Assembly: GCA_013265495.1 (NCBI GenBank)
Contig: MU063896.1
Span: 620,001 to 684,000 of the forward strand
Direction: 5' to 3'
Source of the DNA: Vicugna vicugna
Lineage: Eukaryota
DNA: 64,000 nucleotides
Shown here: positions 61,537 to 64,000 of the stretch, piece by piece
Layout of the letters: each line of letters starts with the position of its first letter
How positions within the stretch are numbered: the stretch's first letter is position 1
The notes under the pieces: generated by a model
Told to the model about the DNA's origin: nothing
Seen by the model: the letters and a program-made list of their open reading frames with translations, nothing else
The model's database searches: none
Translations under genes and position numbers: made by a program

Positions 61537-61538
<2 letters not shown>

Positions 61539-61570
<32 letters not shown>
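61539..61570. repeat. (GT)16 microsatellite
   Basis: Perfect run read directly. Confidence 0.95.
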
Positions 61571-61571
<1 letters not shown>

Positions 61572-62119
61572 TAGGGGTAGAACATGTATAAAAAAAAACT
61601 CCCCAGAAATTGCTCTTATCAGACAAAGGATGGAAGAGGGAGAAACCCAGCTCAGTGCAGTGTGCCTCTCATTCTGTCACAACAACCAAAATGCAAGCCT
61701 GCCCCCGGTTATAAAGACCCTCCTTCCCTTGTAGGGACCTCATGGGCACTTGGAAGGAATGGCTATTAAATGCGTGACTTACTCTCTGTCCTGGTTCCTG
61801 TACCCCATCCCTGCAGCTGCATCCTCAGTGCAGCCCCAGGCTACCCCCACCCTCTTCTCCCCTCCCATCCGTCTGTACTCTCTGCCTAAATGTCATCACT
61901 CTTCAATTTGGCCTCCAAGTAGAAGAGGGGTCTTTGGATCCAGAGGATCTTGAGAGAACCAACCACAGCGTCTGGTCCTTCCAGATGCTCGGAGTGCAGC
62001 TTCTCCAACCCGTGCGTTCTTGCTGCCGTGCAGTTCTAGGCCCTCCTCTGACCAACTGTAGCACTGCTGGCCAGGCAGGTGGTGCTGATGCTGCAGGACC
62101 CAGACTTAGCTCTAAGTTT

Positions 62120-62506
62120 TGTTATGGACTGAGTCATTACCCACCCCCCACCAAATTCATATATTGAAGCCCTAATCCCCAATGTAACTATATTTGGAGA
62201 TAGAGCCTTTAAGGAGGTAATTAAAGTCAAATAAGGTCATGAGGGCAGGCCTCTAATCCAACAGCACTGGTGTCCTTATAAAAAGAGGAAGAGACATGAG
62301 AGGTCTCACTCTGTCCGCNNNNNNNNNNNNNNNNNNNNNNNNNNNNNNNNNNNNNNNNNNNNNNNNNNNNNNNNNNNNNNNNNNNNNNNNNNNNNNNNNN
62401 NNNNNNNNNNNNNNNNNNNNNNNNNNNNNNNNNNNNNNNNNNNNNNNNNNNNNNNNNTAAGTCACCCAATCTGTGGTTTTTATGGCAGCCTGAGGAGACT
62501 AGTATA
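62120..62506 (+). mobile_element. MLT1A/B-type MaLR solo LTR (contains N gap)
   Basis: tgttatggactga...aaattcatatattgaagccctaatccccaatgtaactatatttggagatagagcctttaaggaggtaattaaag...taagtcacccaatctgtggtttttatggcagcctgaggagactagtata. Confidence 0.9.
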
Positions 62507-62514
62507 ATCTTGTA

Positions 62515-62615
62515 AGACATGAAGAATCCCACATCCCACCCCAGACTGGCTGAATGAGAACCTGCATTTAACAGGTTCATTCATGAGCAAATTGCAGTTT
62601 GAGAAGCATTGTCTT
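62515..62615. mobile_element. MER5A-type fragment
   Basis: cccaccccagactggctgaatgagaacctgcatttaacagg...gtttgagaagcattgtctta. Confidence 0.6.
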
Positions 62616-62919
62616 AAAACTGTATGCTGCTTTTGATACAAAAAAATTGTAGCACTCATGAACCTCAGCTATACTGAGAGCTAACAAACAAATTGGTTGA
62701 AATGGCTTTTTATGCCAAAAACATGCAACTGGAGTGGACATCTGATGATTTTATCTGCCCAGTGCTCCTTTTCCTGCTCGAGAACTAGCACCTCCCCTGT
62801 GGTTCCCACAGTGCTGGTCATTCACGGAGCTCCATCAGCTGCCTGTCCGCAGGGGTGGACACAGGGCCCAGGGCTGGCCAGTCCTGGTACCTCGTCTGTA
62901 TGTCCACTATGACTGGTCA

Positions 62920-63240
62920 ACTCATATGCATATGACCAAACAGGTCCAAGCAGCCTCCCTTGAGATCTGATGTGTGGATGCTGAGATAGAGAAGGTCTCT
63001 TTCCTTTGGATCATAAGCTGTAAGGAAATAGGCTTAGAGCCTCCTTGCATCAGCGGGAAAAAATGAGGCCAACCTGCAAAGAAAATGGGAGATGAGATGG
63101 TGAGAGACCCCTGACAGCCTTGTTTGGGCACCCCACCCCACCCCAACCAGCTGTACCATTGGAGTTACCAATTCTATAAGCCAGCTTGTGCTTGAACTTG
63201 GTAGAGATGGCTTTCTGCACCCAATACATTTAGGTATATT
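62920..63240 (+). mobile_element. Old MaLR LTR fragment (MLT1-type)
   Basis: gagaaggtctctttcctttgg...aaaatgaggccaac...gagatggtgagagacccctgacagc. Confidence 0.45.
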
Positions 63241-63294
63241 AGCATAGTTCCCCTCACAAACCCTGTTTGCCATAAGGCAATATTGAGTCCAGAG

Positions 63295-63995
63295 TCCAAT
63301 CTAGTGTCTACATATTTCATGTGCACCAGGCATCAAGTGGAGAGCCAGGGATACCAAGGTGAAGAAGGCACAGCCTCTGCCTTCAAGTTGCTGACAGTCT
63401 GGAATCCAGACTGATGGAGATTCAAAGATGGGAGGAAATCATGCACTAAAAGTGCTAGGTTCTGTCATGGAGCTCTGAGCAAAGGTGCAGGTGAATGCAG
63501 AAGACAGAGGGAGAAACTTTGCAGGAGACCCAAGAACAGAGGAAGGCTTGACAAAGGAGTTAACATTTGAGCAGAATCTCAAAAAGTGAGGGTGTCCCAA
63601 GCGTTTGAAATGGAGAATGAGAAATGAGCATGTGTAAAAACAAGGATCTGTGAAACACCTGTGGGTTCCCTGGTTGAGGGGATGGTGAGAGGTGAGACCA
63701 TAGAGATGGGTTTAAGGACGTTGTGAAAAGACCTTGTGCAGCCATAGAATCGGATCTCATCTCGAGGCAACAGAGCCAGTGTGGATCATTGAGCAGAGAA
63801 GAGCTATGAGCAGATTTGTAATTTAGAAACATCCCTCTGTAGGTTAAATAGGATCATTAAACCATGAACCCCTGGATGGCAGAAATGGCTCTGGTACATG
63901 GTAGCAGTTAATATTTATTGAAACAGAGACAATGACAGACTCAGTGGAGGCAGAAGCATTGGGACTAGGGAAAAAGGGAGCAATTTTGAAAGACA
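63295..63995 (-). mobile_element. L2 fragment
   Basis: gtgcaccaggcatcaagtggagagccagggataccaaggtgaagaaggcacagcctctgccttcaagttgctgacagtct...ggagttaacatttgagcagaatctc...gagcagagaagagctatgagcagatttgtaatttag. Confidence 0.8.
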
Positions 63996-64000
63996 TTTTT

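Larger units (their letters stand above)
13675..62457. other. Seven N gaps (13675-13808, 19179-19377, 23648-23787, 34250-34445, 37107-37282, 49188-49347, 62319-62457)
   Basis: N runs read directly; each lies within or directly against an L1 or MLT1 copy. The span covers first to last gap only. Confidence 0.95.

Overview
Mammalian, almost certainly camelid, non-coding genomic DNA. Two Vic-1-like tRNA-Ala-derived SINEs and cetartiodactyl-type L1 3' ends support this. I recognise no protein-coding exon, RNA gene or CRISPR array. The only ORF-track entries with recognisable homology are decayed L1 ORF2 fragments. Much of the window is eutherian interspersed repeat (L1, L2, MIR, MaLR/MLT1 LTRs, hAT-Charlie and Tigger DNA transposons), often nested. 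Seven N gaps all lie in or directly against repeats. Non-repeat highlights: a CRE-half-site/CCAAT/double-TATA core-promoter-like cassette at about 6.93-7.05 kb followed by a CpG island (about 7.43-8.52 kb), and two convergent CTCF-like motifs (25.1 kb +, 47.3 kb -). The most striking element is a 455-bp CpG-rich solo LTR (28360-28814) inserted into an L2. It carries four NRF1-type motifs, three SOX-type motifs, an E-box and a degenerate poly(A) signal, making it a candidate lineage-specific, possibly germline, promoter. Repeat subfamily names are from memory of consensus sequences, and boundaries are approximate by eye. No database search was run.
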